In this document: positions 9,978 to 21,555 of the stretch, one piece after another
Layout of the letters: each line of letters opens with the position of its first letter
Position numbering within the stretch: the first letter of the stretch is position 1
Made by a program: the position numbers and the translations under genes
The notes under the pieces: generated by a model
Told to the model about the DNA's origin: nothing
Database searches by the model: none
Seen by the model: the letters and a program-made list of their open reading frames with translations, nothing else
Origin: Candidatus Kapaibacterium sp.
GTDB taxonomy: Bacteria; Bacteroidota; Ignavibacteria; Kapaibacteriales; UBA2268
Assembly: GCA_963664875.1 (NCBI GenBank)
Contig: OY761611.1
Location: forward strand, 480,001 to 544,000
Direction of reading: 5' to 3'
Length of the DNA: 64,000 nucleotides

Positions 9978-10011
9978 CAAAAAATGGAGATATAAAAATA
10001 TACCTCCATTT
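9978..10011 (-). terminator. Intrinsic terminator after yitT
   Basis: AAATGGAG(9982-9989)/CTCCATTT(10004-10011) stem with adjacent A-tract. Confidence 0.55.
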
Positions 10012-10034
10012 GTATCAATATTTTGTTTGCTTGA

Positions 10035-10964
10035 TTAGAATCGGCGTCTGAAGCCTCTACCAACCACTTCATGAACATTGTTTATAATCATAAATGCATC
10101 AGGATCTATCTCTTTGATTGTATCTGTGAGCTGAGGCACTTCTTTATTGGTAACAACAGTCATTATCACTTCTCTTTCGATATTTCTATAAATACCACGA
10201 GTTTTGATAGCAGTTGCACCACGAGACATTTTGTTCATAATTGCATTAGATATTTCTTCGTACTTATCAGAAATGATATATGCAGCTTTAGCATAGTCAA
10301 TACCATCAATAACCATGTCGATTAGTTTAGATGACAAATATAACAAGAACATAGCATAAAAAGCTAATGCCAAAACCGGAGTAGGTGTACTTTCATTGAA
10401 GTATATCGCAATCGATGCAAATGTAATCACAAAGAAATCAATCATAATAATACCCGTACCCGGCTTAGTACCGAAGTATTTGTTAAGAATTGACGCTACG
10501 ATATCAGAACCTGCAGTTGTTCCTTTAAATTTGAAGATAATTCCGAGACCTAAGCCAAGAAATACCGCACCAAGGAAGATGTGGAAAAAGAAATCGTGCT
10601 CAAGAATGTAAGTAATTGATTCCATTTTATGTAAATGCAAACCAAAGCCACCGTAACCGTCTCTAAATAAATCAGTAAAGATGGAATTGGTAGTGAATGC
10701 GTAAAATGTTCGCACACCAAATGTCTTACCGAGTTCTTTTATACCCCAAAAGAAAAGAGGGATATTAAAAATCCACATCAACAGACCGACCGGCAATGCA
10801 CCATCTGTCATGTAATAAACTGCCTGAGAAAGCCCGGTAACACCGCCAGGTACTACATAAGCATCTACTAAAAAGACGGCAATACCAAATGCCATAATTG
10901 CAGATCCGAGAGTGATAAAGATATAATCCACTATCGGGTGTTTCTCTGAAAGTTCCTGCACCAT
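10035..10964 (-). CDS. YitT/DUF2179 family membrane protein
   Basis: 'PGGVTG', 'FNIPLF', 'GTTAGSDI', 'RGAT', 'IDPDAF..I..VHEVVGRGF'. Confidence 0.93.
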   Translation of the reverse strand: MVQELSEKHPIVDYIFITLGSAIMAFGIAVFLVDAYVVPGGVTGLSQAVYYMTDGALPVGLLMWIFNIPLFFWGIKELGKTFGVRTFYAFTTNSIFTDLFRDGYGGFGLHLHKMESITYILEHDFFFHIFLGAVFLGLGLGIIFKFKGTTAGSDIVASILNKYFGTKPGTGIIMIDFFVITFASIAIYFNESTPTPVLALAFYAMFLLYLSSKLIDMVIDGIDYAKAAYIISDKYEEISNAIMNKMSRGATAIKTRGIYRNIEREVIMTVVTNKEVPQLTDTIKEIDPDAFMIINNVHEVVGRGFRRRF

Positions 10965-10985
10965 TGTTTTGTTGACCTTTTAAAA

Positions 10986-11864
10986 TTATAGAATAATGCT
11001 AAATGACGATATTAATCCATGCAATATCAACAAGAGTCCTGTTTTAGAAAGCAACATATTGAATTCTTTTGCTTCTGCTTTCATTACACCTTTACATAGA
11101 CTTACAGTCAAAGGTAATGTAATCAAAGGCAACAGTAAATAAATATTGCTTGTTGTGATTGCAAAGTACAAATGAATTAAATACAAGGTAATAAAAATCA
11201 AAACATACAATCGCTTTGCATTGGTTTTCCCAAGTCTTGCAGCAGTAGTCATTTTATTAACTTTCAAATCCGTATCTATATCTCTGATGTTGTTTACACC
11301 AAGTATGTTCATAGAAATAAGACCTGGCACTAAACCCCAAACTGCAGATTCTAAAGTCCAATTTAAAGTTAAAACTGCATAAGTGCCTGCCACTGCAACT
11401 ATACCGAAATAAATTAGAACAAATAACTCACCAAGCCCTTTATAAGCTAAGGGATATGGACCACCAGTGTAAGCCCATGCAAAAAAAAGAGAACTCAAAC
11501 CAACAATCAAAATCTCATATCCGGCTCGATAAACGAGCAACATCCCTATAGAAAAAGTAATTACTAATAATATTGCCGAAACAACTGTCATTACTTTAAT
11601 ATCGATTTTCCCAGATGCTACTGCTCTTTCCGGACCTATTCTTTCTTCAGTATCAGCACCCTTTTTATAATCGTAAATTTCATTTATGAAATTAGTAATT
11701 ATTTGAATTAAAAGAGCACAAACAGCTATTAAAATGAAATATTTCGTATCAAATAAATTGTCTCTTAATGCTAAAGCAGATCCAATTAACACCGGAACCA
11801 ATCCGGCAGGAAGAGTTTTCGGTCGTGTCGCTAAAAGCCAAGTACTGATATTTCCAATTTTCAC
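10986..11864 (-). CDS. menA: 1,4-dihydroxy-2-naphthoate prenyltransferase
   Basis: 'RPKTLPA', 'NEIYDYKKGAD', 'YTGGPYPLAYKGLGE', 'NNIRDIDTD'. Confidence 0.95.
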   Translation of the reverse strand: MKIGNISTWLLATRPKTLPAGLVPVLIGSALALRDNLFDTKYFILIAVCALLIQIITNFINEIYDYKKGADTEERIGPERAVASGKIDIKVMTVVSAILLVITFSIGMLLVYRAGYEILIVGLSSLFFAWAYTGGPYPLAYKGLGELFVLIYFGIVAVAGTYAVLTLNWTLESAVWGLVPGLISMNILGVNNIRDIDTDLKVNKMTTAARLGKTNAKRLYVLIFITLYLIHLYFAITTSNIYLLLPLITLPLTVSLCKGVMKAEAKEFNMLLSKTGLLLILHGLISSFSIIL

Positions 11865-12551
11865 TTATTTTACTACTCCGACATAAACATAAGCTATACC
11901 GAAGGTCAAACTTTTTTTCTGCACTTCAGAAAACTTTCCGGTGTTTTCCATAAGTTTAACAAAAGCATTCCCAGAGGGAAATTTAGCTGCTGTTTCGGGT
12001 AAATAAGTATAAGCAAAATCACTTCCTGCTATCATTTTACCTATAAGCGGAATAACATTTTTGCTATACCACTTATATATTGCTCCGAAAAAGCCACTCG
12101 GTTGTCCAAATTCAAGAACGACTACTCTACCATCTTTTTTTACAACTCTTGCCATCTCTGAAATACCCTGTGAAGGGTTATCTACATTTCTAATTCCAAA
12201 TGAGATACTTGCTATATCAAAAGTGTTTTCTTCATATCGAAGAGACATAACATCTGCAAGTTCAAACTTAATATTTAGGTTCTGTTTGTCAGCTTTCGCA
12301 GGCGCATATTTTAACATATCATCGCAAAAATCTGTTCCAATGACATTTCCGCTTTTTACTTTCTTTTTAAAAGCTATCGCTAAATCGCCGGTACCGGTAG
12401 CACAATCCAAGACGCTATCCCCTATCTTCGCTTTTGACATCGAGACAGTAGTCTTTCGCCACAAATGATGGATGCCAAAAGATAAAATAGTGTTTAGCAA
12501 ATCGTATTTGCCCGATATGTCAGAGAACATTTGTTTTACTTGTTCGCTCAT
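11865..12551 (-). CDS. menG: Demethylmenaquinone methyltransferase (UbiE/MenG)
   Basis: 'MFSDISGKYDLLN..LSFG.H..WR', 'LDCATGTGD', 'SFGIRNV', 'LEF', 'AYTYLPE'; directly upstream of menA. Confidence 0.95.
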   Translation of the reverse strand: MSEQVKQMFSDISGKYDLLNTILSFGIHHLWRKTTVSMSKAKIGDSVLDCATGTGDLAIAFKKKVKSGNVIGTDFCDDMLKYAPAKADKQNLNIKFELADVMSLRYEENTFDIASISFGIRNVDNPSQGISEMARVVKKDGRVVVLEFGQPSGFFGAIYKWYSKNVIPLIGKMIAGSDFAYTYLPETAAKFPSGNAFVKLMENTGKFSEVQKKSLTFGIAYVYVGVVK

Positions 12552-12570
12552 GTTCTTTTTCCCATGATTT

Positions 12571-12604
12571 CAAATATAGTGAATATACAGAGAAATATTT
12601 CTCT
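12571..12604 (-). promoter_or_regulatory. -7 element (TATATTTG, 12571-12578) plus 16-bp palindrome upstream of menG
   Basis: CAAATATA on the plus strand; perfect inverted repeat AGAGAAATATTTCTCT at 12589-12604. Confidence 0.45.
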
Positions 12605-12820
12605 ATATTTTTTTGATTTAGATTTTCATAGTTTTTAATATTAGCATTATATGATATATATATTACATTGTCATGTACATGCAAATGATTCTATCATACT
12701 AAGCAATGACTATACGGCTCTTAAGTTTTAACTGTTCATTATATTTAAACTAATTACATTACCATCATTTCTACTTGTAAAATGAAGGTGAATATCTTTT
12801 ATGAATGGTCTTATTCATGC

Positions 12821-14677
12821 TTAATTGCTTTTGTCTTGATTTATCTCTTTGAAATGTTGATAAACGTTTTGAGCAATTTTTTTGTTAAAGGTCTGCTCTA
12901 ATTCTTCAATAGTCAATTGCTTAATTTTTTCCACAGATCCGAATACTTTCAACAATTTTTTTGCTGTAACTTCACCGATTCCATCTATTTCTGTAAGTTC
13001 CGTTTTTAAAGTTCTTTTAGAACGCAACAGTCTATGGAAAGTAATTGCAAACCTATGAGCTTCATCTCTCAATTGTTGGATCAGCTTTAGACTGCTTGAA
13101 GTTCTTGGTAATATCACAGATTCGGATTGATTTGGGAAAAATACTTCTTCTAACCTTTTTGCAAGTCCTATGATAGTAATTTTCTTTTCTAAGCCTAGTT
13201 CAGTCAATATTTCGTATGCCGAAGACAATTGACCTTTACCACCATCAATAATAATTAAATCCGGCAAAGGCGTATGGGTTTCGCTATTTAGCTCTGCTAA
13301 CAATCTGGTATATCGTCTCCTAACTACTTCTTCCATAGCTGCAAAGTCGTTATTGGACAAAACTGTTTTATTTTTGTATTTTCTGTATTCAGATTTTTTG
13401 GGCTTGCCATCTTCAAATAATACCATGGAAGAGACTAATTCGCTTCCTTGTATGTGAGAGTTGTCAAAACATTCAATTCTACGTGGAGGCTTGTTCATGT
13501 TCAAATCTCTTTGTAAAGACAAAACAGAACGAGGTATTACCTGCTCCCGTTTTTCTATTGCAGTTTGATATTCTTTTAAAATAAAAGAAGCATTTGTGAT
13601 TGCCATATCAACTATTGCTTTTTTCTCTCCGAGTTTAGGAATATAAATGTGTATTGAAGATTTTTTGAGTTCTTTCAACCAGTCAGTAATATATTCAATA
13701 TCTTCCGGTTCTTCGGGTAAAAATATTTCTCTGGGAATGAAATCCGTCTCTAAATACCATTTTTCTAAAGTTCTTTGGATTATTCTGGAATCAGCAATTT
13801 CTTGAGCATCTTTTATGATGTAATGTCGTTTTCCGATGAGCTTTCCATCTCGAATTTTCAGCATTAAACTACATACTAAATCACCATCTCGTGATATTCC
13901 GAGAATATCTCTATCCACAAAATCAGAGCTTATAATTTTTTGTTTTGAGGTAAATTTTTCCAACATCAAAAGTTGATTTCTAATTACAGCGGCTTCTTCA
14001 AATTTCAAATTCTCGGACAAATCAATCATTCTGTCTTTTAGCTCTTTCTCTAAATCTTTTGTTTTGCCCTGCAATATTTTGGTTGCCTGCCGGATTCCGT
14101 TATTATATTCTAGATGAGAAATATGCGATTCACAAGGACCGGAACATTTTTTTATATGATAGTCTAAACAAATGCGAAATTTTTTTTGAGCTATAGATTC
14201 TTTACTTAGTGCAAGATTGCAAGTTCTTACCATGAATACGTTTCTAATAGTTTTAAGTAAAAGCTTTGCATTCAACACATCTGTATATGGCCCGAAATAT
14301 GTCGAACCATCTTTAATGACATTCCTCGTTAAAAATATCTTTGGGAATTCTTCTTTCGTAACTCTGATAAAGGGGTAAGTCTTATCGTCTTTAAGAAGTA
14401 TATTGTATTTAGGCTTATGTTGTTTAATCAAAGTATCTTCGAGTAACAAAGCTTCAGCCTCAGAATCGACTAAAATAAACTCTACGTCAGCAATATGCGA
14501 AATCATAGCTTTGGTTTTAGCGTCAGCAGGTCTCCCTTCTTGGAAATACGATTTTACTCGATTCCTTAGATTTTTTGCTTTCCCGATATATATTATATTA
14601 CCTAAGCTATTGAAATACTGATAAATACCAGGCTTAGTAGGAATATCTTTGAGCTTATTGATCAAATTTTCTGTCAT
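12821..14677 (-). CDS. uvrC: Excinuclease ABC subunit C
   Basis: GIY-YIG 'PGIYQY...IIYIGKAKNLRNRVKSYF', 'RIECFDNSH', 'IDGGKGQL', 'LRDEAHRFA', HhH. Start taken at ATG 14677. Confidence 0.98.
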   Translation of the reverse strand: MTENLINKLKDIPTKPGIYQYFNSLGNIIYIGKAKNLRNRVKSYFQEGRPADAKTKAMISHIADVEFILVDSEAEALLLEDTLIKQHKPKYNILLKDDKTYPFIRVTKEEFPKIFLTRNVIKDGSTYFGPYTDVLNAKLLLKTIRNVFMVRTCNLALSKESIAQKKFRICLDYHIKKCSGPCESHISHLEYNNGIRQATKILQGKTKDLEKELKDRMIDLSENLKFEEAAVIRNQLLMLEKFTSKQKIISSDFVDRDILGISRDGDLVCSLMLKIRDGKLIGKRHYIIKDAQEIADSRIIQRTLEKWYLETDFIPREIFLPEEPEDIEYITDWLKELKKSSIHIYIPKLGEKKAIVDMAITNASFILKEYQTAIEKREQVIPRSVLSLQRDLNMNKPPRRIECFDNSHIQGSELVSSMVLFEDGKPKKSEYRKYKNKTVLSNNDFAAMEEVVRRRYTRLLAELNSETHTPLPDLIIIDGGKGQLSSAYEILTELGLEKKITIIGLAKRLEEVFFPNQSESVILPRTSSSLKLIQQLRDEAHRFAITFHRLLRSKRTLKTELTEIDGIGEVTAKKLLKVFGSVEKIKQLTIEELEQTFNKKIAQNVYQHFKEINQDKSN

Positions 14678-14740
14678 ATATATGGCAATTAGCAATAAGA
14701 GAAAGTAAAAATATTTAGCTTCAAAAATACAAATAAATTG

Positions 14741-15457
14741 CTACAAATCACCATGTTGTGGTTTGATAATTATATCTTCTATCATAACATTAGGTACATA
14801 AGACAAATTGATATTACTTAGTATTATTTCAGATAGATCTCTAGGTTTTATCATCTGTTCTGAGTACTTATCTAATGATATTTTATCCCAAATCTCTGTA
14901 GCTGTCGCACCTACAAGTACATCTAATATCTTTACATTGTCTTTTCGCACTTCTTCTCTAATCGAGCGAGACATAGCACGAATAGCAGCTTTCGTGGCTG
15001 TATAAATGTTAGAATTGGCAAAATTTCGTTCGATGGCACCGGAAAGAATATTTACGATTATTCCTTTTTTTTCTCGAACCATTTTACTCAAGAAGAAATT
15101 AGTCAGAATTGCAGTATTGGTTAGATTTACATTTACAGTTTTAGATATCTCCATTGGAGAGAGTTCGTTAAATGGCTTAAAATATGCAATTCCTGCATTA
15201 TTTATTAAGATGTCAATAAATATATTTTTGCTAGTAAAATATTGAAATAACGATTCAATTGATTCTGCCGAAGTCAAATCTAATTCTAAAGGTACAAATG
15301 CGTCATGAGTGTACAAATTGGTGGCTCTAAGTTTATCGATTTTTCTGGAAGTACCGTAAACTATAGCACCTTGATTCAATGCATTGTATGAAAGAGAATA
15401 ACCGATGCCTTGAGAGGCACCGGTTATTAGTATTTGTTTTTTATTGATATTATTCAT
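14741..15457 (-). CDS. Short-chain dehydrogenase/reductase
   Basis: TGASQGIG, NNAG and YTATK motifs; likely start at ATG 15457. Confidence 0.9.
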   Translation of the reverse strand: MNNINKKQILITGASQGIGYSLSYNALNQGAIVYGTSRKIDKLRATNLYTHDAFVPLELDLTSAESIESLFQYFTSKNIFIDILINNAGIAYFKPFNELSPMEISKTVNVNLTNTAILTNFFLSKMVREKKGIIVNILSGAIERNFANSNIYTATKAAIRAMSRSIREEVRKDNVKILDVLVGATATEIWDKISLDKYSEQMIKPRDLSEIILSNINLSYVPNVMIEDIIIKPQHGDL

Positions 15458-15467
15458 TTTTTCCAAA

Positions 15468-18422
15468 TCAATATTTTCCAAAATCATCTTCATCTAGACT
15501 TATTATATCTTCAGGATTTCCGAAAAAATCGTCTTCCGGAGATTTTCCGGCAGCACTTACAGGAAGCACCATAGATTCGTAGTTAGAATTTGCATTGATT
15601 AGAAAGTCATCTTCTGCCTGTGTTGATGACGAAAAGTTAGCACCTGAACTAAGTAGATTTCTGTTTGAAGACAACTGGAATCTATTTATCATACCTTTTA
15701 GTTGATTTGCCTGAGAAGACAATTCCTCAGCTGCAGAAGCAGATTCTTCGGCACTTGCAGTATTGGTTTGTGTTACTTTATCGATTTGATTTAGGCCTTC
15801 ATTGATTTGAGAGATACCTTGAGCCTGCTCATTAGAAGAAGAAGCAATTTCACCTACTATATCAGATACTTTAATAGAGGCATTGCGAATTTCTTCTAAA
15901 ACTTCACCTGTTCGGACAGCCAACATAGAGCCATTTTCAACAGTTTTGATAGTATTTTCTATCATTTCAGAAGTTTCTTTAGCCGCAGCAGCACTTCGAG
16001 CTGCCAGATTTCTTACTTCTTCTGCAACAACAGCAAATCCTTTACCATGACGACCGGCACGAGCAGCTTCTACTGCTGCATTTAGAGCAAGAAGGTTAGT
16101 TTGGAAAGCAATTTCATCAATAACCTTCATGATTCTTGAGATATTTCTGCTAGCTTCACTTATCTCATTCATTGCTTTATTTAGAGATGTCATTTCATGG
16201 TTACCTTTGTCGGCAGCCTTGTTTGCATCTTCACTTAAAATATTTGCCTGATTGGCATTTTCTGCATTAGTTCTTGTCTGTGAAGCAATTTCAGCCATAG
16301 AAGAAGTAATCTCTTCAAGTGAAGCTGCTTGCTCTGTAGCACCTTGAGATAAGGCAGTAGATGCATCAGATACCTGCAATGAGCCTTTTGTAACTTCATC
16401 TACAGTTATGGCTACATTGTATAAAATATCTTCTATAGAGTCAAGAGATTGATTTAGAGTATTTTTAAGTCTTAAAGCATCACCTTTAAAGTCACCTTTC
16501 ATTCTTTGAGATAAATCGCCTTGAGCAATTTTTTCAAAAATATGCATAGCTTCTTTGAAAGGCATTTGTGCAGCAGTTTTACTTATTGCATCTTTAAGTG
16601 CAGCATGATCTCCTACATATTTACCTTCTACTACAATACTCAAATTCCCGTTAGCCCATTGTTCTAAAACATCTTTTGTTTCTTTAATTGGAGTAACGAC
16701 TGCATCAAGAGTTTTGTTTACACCTGAGATCAATTCTTTGTAAGAATTTTCAAATTTTTCAGCATTCCCTCTGTAAGACAAGTCTCCTTGGACTGCTTTG
16801 TTTACCATGTCGTCAACTTCTTTTGTTATATCCAGAAGCTGTTGTCTGACTTTGTTTACATTAGTTGTTATAAAAGCTTTCTTACCAGGAAGCAATTCCA
16901 TTTTATCTTCAAAATTACCGACACCGTATTGAGCTACTACCTCAATAATTCGTTTTTTGACTGTTAGGTGTGAATTTACTTGTGCATTCACTCCAATAAC
17001 CATATCTTTATAAAAACCTTTGAACTTCTCAGGTAGCATAAAGAATTCAATGTCTCCTGCTTCTTGTTGTTTTTCCATTTCTGCCATGTCAGCAATAAAT
17101 ATCTTCAATTGTTCAATCAAATGATTGAGATTCAAAATAACAGTATCATAATCTCCACCAAAGCGTTGACTTATTGGTTCAGGCAGAATACCGTTAGATA
17201 AGTCAGTGATATTTCTAACTGTTAGTTCGAATGGTTTATTGAAAGCATCAATAATTTCATTCATTCCGATAAGTAGCTTGCTCCACTCGCCTACATATTT
17301 ACTAGTATTGGCTCTTGTACTTAGTTTTCCGTTCTTAGTTGCATTGATTAGATTGTTAGATTCGGAAATAATTCCATTCATAACGTCAATAGTAACATTA
17401 AGGTTGTTTTTGATTTCGTTAAAATCACCTTTATACTCATCTACGATTTTTGGAGGAATATCACCTTTAGAAATTCTGTCAACATATTCAGCAGTTACAT
17501 TTAAAGGTCCAATAACGGCATCTAATGTCTTGTTAAATCCTGTCATGATAGTCGCATACTGCCCTTTGAAAGAAGCAGCATCAGCTCTTTTATCTAATTT
17601 ACCAAGAATAGCTGCATCGGCAGTTTCATTAAGTTGAGATACCATCTTCTTAATATTTGTAGCCATAGTATTCATTGCATTTAACAAGATTCCAACTTCA
17701 TCTTTCTTTGAAGTATCTAAGTTTATATCAACTACACCATTTGCTATATTATTAGCAGCATCCACAGCAACGCTCAAAGGTTTAGTTATGCTTCTTAATG
17801 TAATGATCGTAATCATAATAGTCAAAAGTGCTGCTATAGCTCCGATTATATATAAGAGTGAAGATGCATCTGCATATTCAGCATCAGCACTTGCTGCAGC
17901 TTCAGTTTGAAGTTTTTCCTGATATGCAATCAAATTGTCAATATCTTTGAGATAAGTATTACCAATTTTAAGATAATCGCCGTACATTATTTCAAGAGCT
18001 TTTTGCTTACCTTCAGGTGTATTTAATTCAGCATAAGAAATCATTTCTTGCCAAGAAGCGACAAAGAGTTTACTGTTTTCTGTATAGATATCTAATAGTT
18101 TGATACCTTCTTCAGTAGTTATTGTTTTTTTCAGAATTTCTTCGTTTTCTTCAATAGTTTTTGCTGCTTTTGCAATTCTTTCTTTGCTTAACTTTACCTG
18201 ATCAGGAGTATGAGCAATAACAATATCTCTGAGCATTCTTGCCTGCAGATTAACAGCATCGATAATGGTATTTGAGTACTTGACTTTTGGGATACGGTCA
18301 TTTACCAATAATGATACTTCATTATTGATACCTTTCATGGCATTTATTCCGAGTATAATAATACTTAGAGTCGCAATTAGTATTACCGTAAAACCTAAAA
18401 TGATTTTTGCTGATATTTTCAT
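15468..18422 (-). CDS. Methyl-accepting chemotaxis protein (four-helix sensor, poly-HAMP, C-terminal DFGKY)
   Basis: Two TM helices flanking a 4HB-type domain; multiple HAMP repeats; '[20 protein letters not shown]' tip. Confidence 0.96.
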   Translation of the reverse strand: MKISAKIILGFTVILIATLSIIILGINAMKGINNEVSLLVNDRIPKVKYSNTIIDAVNLQARMLRDIVIAHTPDQVKLSKERIAKAAKTIEENEEILKKTITTEEGIKLLDIYTENSKLFVASWQEMISYAELNTPEGKQKALEIMYGDYLKIGNTYLKDIDNLIAYQEKLQTEAAASADAEYADASSLLYIIGAIAALLTIMITIITLRSITKPLSVAVDAANNIANGVVDINLDTSKKDEVGILLNAMNTMATNIKKMVSQLNETADAAILGKLDKRADAASFKGQYATIMTGFNKTLDAVIGPLNVTAEYVDRISKGDIPPKIVDEYKGDFNEIKNNLNVTIDVMNGIISESNNLINATKNGKLSTRANTSKYVGEWSKLLIGMNEIIDAFNKPFELTVRNITDLSNGILPEPISQRFGGDYDTVILNLNHLIEQLKIFIADMAEMEKQQEAGDIEFFMLPEKFKGFYKDMVIGVNAQVNSHLTVKKRIIEVVAQYGVGNFEDKMELLPGKKAFITTNVNKVRQQLLDITKEVDDMVNKAVQGDLSYRGNAEKFENSYKELISGVNKTLDAVVTPIKETKDVLEQWANGNLSIVVEGKYVGDHAALKDAISKTAAQMPFKEAMHIFEKIAQGDLSQRMKGDFKGDALRLKNTLNQSLDSIEDILYNVAITVDEVTKGSLQVSDASTALSQGATEQAASLEEITSSMAEIASQTRTNAENANQANILSEDANKAADKGNHEMTSLNKAMNEISEASRNISRIMKVIDEIAFQTNLLALNAAVEAARAGRHGKGFAVVAEEVRNLAARSAAAAKETSEMIENTIKTVENGSMLAVRTGEVLEEIRNASIKVSDIVGEIASSSNEQAQGISQINEGLNQIDKVTQTNTASAEESASAAEELSSQANQLKGMINRFQLSSNRNLLSSGANFSSSTQAEDDFLINANSNYESMVLPVSAAGKSPEDDFFGNPEDIISLDEDDFGKY

Positions 18423-18439
18423 AAAACACCTATATATAA

Positions 18440-18937
18440 TTATTTGTCTCTCAATATGTTGAATTCAGCCTCAGAAATTAGTTCGGATGGCTCTATTAAA
18501 ATCTTCACCTGATCTCCTACCTTACCTATTCCGGCAATGTATTTGTTGCCTTTGGTTAGTTTTTTATTCAAAGGAGGAGAAATATTTTCCTGCAAGATCA
18601 AAGCAACTTCGCTAACTTTATCTACAATTAATCCGAAAAGTTCTTCATGGATTATCAGTATTATGATGCAAGTGCGGTCGTTGTAGTCTGCAATCGGCAG
18701 TCCAAATCTTAGACGAGCATCTATTACAGGTATGACGTTACCTCGAAGATTAACAACACCTTTCACAAATTCCGGAGTATCCGGCATAGGAGAAATGGTC
18801 TGGATTCCTATAATCTGATTGACAAACTTAATAGGTATTCCAAATGATTCATTTTCTATATCAAAAGTGAGGTACTTATTTTTTAGAGAATCCTCTATTT
18901 CGTCTAATTCGAGTTGAGTGAGTTTCAAATCTTCCAT
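18440..18937 (-). CDS. cheW: Chemotaxis coupling protein CheW
   Basis: 'YLTFDI..ESFGIPI', '[14 protein letters not shown]', '[10 protein letters not shown]'. Confidence 0.96.
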   Translation of the reverse strand: MEDLKLTQLELDEIEDSLKNKYLTFDIENESFGIPIKFVNQIIGIQTISPMPDTPEFVKGVVNLRGNVIPVIDARLRFGLPIADYNDRTCIIILIIHEELFGLIVDKVSEVALILQENISPPLNKKLTKGNKYIAGIGKVGDQVKILIEPSELISEAEFNILRDK

Positions 18938-18944
18938 AATTATC

Positions 18945-20126
18945 TTATTTCATATTTGGAAAAATAACTTTTACCTTGGTACCTACTCCCAGTTCAGATT
19001 GTATATCAATCTGACCATTATGTTTTCTTATAGCTTCACTGGCTATTATAAGGCCCAATCCTGTACCGGGTTCATCTTCAGTCCCTTTTTTGGAAGTGCC
19101 CAATTTTAACTCAAAAATATCATTTATTTCTTTTTCTTGGATACCAGTACCTTTATCGGCAATTTCTAGTAAAACATAATCAGGATCTTCAGTGAGAGTT
19201 ACTGTAATGCTACTATTTATATGACTGTATTTGACTGCATTCGAAAATATATTGCTAATTGCAGCAGCAGTCAAATTGCTGTCATATTTCAGCATTAGAA
19301 CATCCGGGATGTTTTTATCTACGGCGATGTTCTTTTTGTTTGTAGCATCTTTGAAATCATCAATAACATAGTTAATAGTATCTGATAAATTTTCAGTTAA
19401 TGGCTGGAAGTCGTGAGCACCAGCTTGTAATCTGCTCCAAATAATCAGATTTTCTAGCATAGTATATAGGTACTTTGCAGAGTAATTCAAATTGTATGAA
19501 ATATCAAGCAATTCTTCAACACTAAATTTCCCAAAACTTGATACTAACAAATCTGAAAGACCAAGCAAGCCCTGGAAAGGATTGCGTAACTCTTGAGCTA
19601 CAATCGAGAAGAACTTGTCTTTTCTTCTATTACTGTTGAGCAGTTCTGTTTTAGCATTTTGCAATTCATTATTCAAGGTTTCTAACGCGATAATTTGTGC
19701 TTCGTTTTTGTCATTCATTAGTTTTAGCTGCACTTGTACCTTGACACGAGCGATAACTTCTGCATAATTAAATGGTTTTGTGATATAGTCATTTACCCCC
19801 AACTGAAAACCTTTTATTATATCAGAAGATTCGGTTTTTGCAGTTAGAAAAATCACCGGTAAATCAAAATATCTGTCATTTGCTCTAATTTCAGCTAAAG
19901 TCTCATAACCGTCTTTCTCCGGCATCATTATATCAAGCAATACAGTATCGGGCTTTTCTTCATAAATCAAATCAAGTGCTTCCTGGCCGTTTTTTGCAGT
20001 TTTAGTTGTAAACCCTTCTTTGTTTAAAGTTCTTTCCAAAATCTTTAAATTTTCGTAAGAATCGTCAACTAATAAAACGTAGGACATATTTTCAAAAGTA
20101 ATTTCAGACATATTGTGTTCCTTCAT
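18945..20126 (-). CDS. Hybrid receiver/histidine-kinase protein with H-box His replaced by Gln
   Basis: REC (VDD, LLDIMMP, FLTA, KP); DHp 'FSIVAQELRNP'; N box 'SNAVKYS'; G1 'DKGTGI'; G2 'GTGLGL'. Confidence 0.9.
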   Translation of the reverse strand: MKEHNMSEITFENMSYVLLVDDSYENLKILERTLNKEGFTTKTAKNGQEALDLIYEEKPDTVLLDIMMPEKDGYETLAEIRANDRYFDLPVIFLTAKTESSDIIKGFQLGVNDYITKPFNYAEVIARVKVQVQLKLMNDKNEAQIIALETLNNELQNAKTELLNSNRRKDKFFSIVAQELRNPFQGLLGLSDLLVSSFGKFSVEELLDISYNLNYSAKYLYTMLENLIIWSRLQAGAHDFQPLTENLSDTINYVIDDFKDATNKKNIAVDKNIPDVLMLKYDSNLTAAAISNIFSNAVKYSHINSSITVTLTEDPDYVLLEIADKGTGIQEKEINDIFELKLGTSKKGTEDEPGTGLGLIIASEAIRKHNGQIDIQSELGVGTKVKVIFPNMK

Positions 20127-20174
20127 AAAGGTCTAATCATAGTAATATACACGTTTTTTGAGAAATATATTTTA

Positions 20175-20975
20175 TCATAAAAACATTGCTAAACTAAAAG
20201 CCATGACAAACATACCTATGACCATTGAATAAATGGATTTATGGCCGTCATCATATTCCCTTGCTGTGGGTAATAGCTCGTCAAGAGATATAAAAACCAT
20301 TATTCCGGAGACTATCCCAAAAAGAATACCAAAGGTAATATCATTGAAAAAAGGTGCTAAAACAATATATCCTACTACTGCTCCAACAGGTTCTGCAAGC
20401 CCCGATGCAAAAGAAAGCCAAAATGCTTTTTGTTTGCTTCCTGTGGAAAAATATACAGGAACTGAAACAGCAATTCCTTCAGGGATATTGTGAATAGCAA
20501 CTGCAATTGCGATTGAAATCCCTATTGTAGGATCAGTCAAGGCGGCTGTAAATGTTGCTAAACCCTCAGGGAAATTATGAATTGCTATTGCAAGGGCAGT
20601 AAATAAACCCATTCTGTAAAGTTTATTTTCTTCAACAGGTTTATCCAAAGACTCTACTTTTTTTGGCTCGTGTGGATTTTCATAACTTGGTATTAACTTA
20701 TCTATTATTGCAATTATGAGAATTCCTCCAAAAAAGCTTGCCATCATGTACCAAGTTGAAACTGATTCTGAATAACCGGAAGATAAAAAGGATTCTTTTG
20801 CTTTGGCAAGAATTTCTACAAATGCTACATAAATCATTACCCCTGCTGAAAATCCCATAGCAGAAGATAAAAAGCTTTTATTTGTCTTTTTTGTGAAGAA
20901 AGCTAATGCACTTCCAATGCCGGTCGATAAACCTGCAAAAATAGTAAGACCTAAGGCAAACCAAAAATTATCCAA
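20175..20975 (-). CDS. zupT: ZIP family zinc/metal transporter
   Basis: 'GFSAGVMIY', 'HNFPEG', 'HNIPEG', 'SGLAEP', 'DELLP'. Confidence 0.95.
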   Translation of the reverse strand: MDNFWFALGLTIFAGLSTGIGSALAFFTKKTNKSFLSSAMGFSAGVMIYVAFVEILAKAKESFLSSGYSESVSTWYMMASFFGGILIIAIIDKLIPSYENPHEPKKVESLDKPVEENKLYRMGLFTALAIAIHNFPEGLATFTAALTDPTIGISIAIAVAIHNIPEGIAVSVPVYFSTGSKQKAFWLSFASGLAEPVGAVVGYIVLAPFFNDITFGILFGIVSGIMVFISLDELLPTAREYDDGHKSIYSMVIGMFVMAFSLAMFL

Positions 20976-21543
20976 TCTTGTTCTCCGTATTGGGTTTCAT
21001 GTATGCCGGTGAAAGCTTATCTCCTATGCTATAATAAGTTTTTGAGGTATAATCATAGCAAAAGGTTTTTAGTAATTCAAAATTTGCTTTACCATTCGAA
21101 AGAAGAGTATCTTCTATCAATACATCCACAATTTCTCCAATAAATTGTGTATGAGAGCCTAAGTAAATCTGCTCTTTTAATTTACAAATAAGTGTAACCG
21201 GTAATTCTTGGAATATAGGGCAGTTATATTTATCATGTTTGTAATCGTGAAATCCAATTTCTTTTATCTTGTTTGTATTTTTCCCTGAATAAATACCGAG
21301 ATAATCAGCTTGTTTAACTAATTCTACTGTGGGAATCGACATTGAAAAACACTGATTTTGAATAATTGCATCATAAGTGTGTCTTTCTTCTCTCAATGAG
21401 ACTGCGATACAAGGAGGTTGACTACAGCATATACCTGCCCATGAAGCTGCCATTAAATTTGGAATATTGTTACTATCATATGTACCAACTAAATAAACCG
21501 GCAAAGGGAAACCGTAAGTTCCGGGAGCAAGTGATACCTTCAT
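20968..21543 (-). CDS. Flavin reductase-like (flavoredoxin family) protein
   Basis: 'PVYLVGTY...[17 protein letters not shown]', '[10 protein letters not shown]'. Confidence 0.88.
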   Translation of the reverse strand: MKVSLAPGTYGFPLPVYLVGTYDSNNIPNLMAASWAGICCSQPPCIAVSLREERHTYDAIIQNQCFSMSIPTVELVKQADYLGIYSGKNTNKIKEIGFHDYKHDKYNCPIFQELPVTLICKLKEQIYLGSHTQFIGEIVDVLIEDTLLSNGKANFELLKTFCYDYTSKTYYSIGDKLSPAYMKPNTENKIG

Positions 21544-21555
21544 TTAATTCCTATC

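Noticed and set aside
9928-10034. Possible SAM or cobalamin riboswitch upstream of metH
   Set aside because: The gap is short and AT-rich, and contains only a terminator with no riboswitch core motifs
12771-12818. 15-codon minus-strand ORF (MNKTIHKRYSPSFYK) just after uvrC
   Set aside because: Too short, with no SD or homology; it coincides with a weak hairpin
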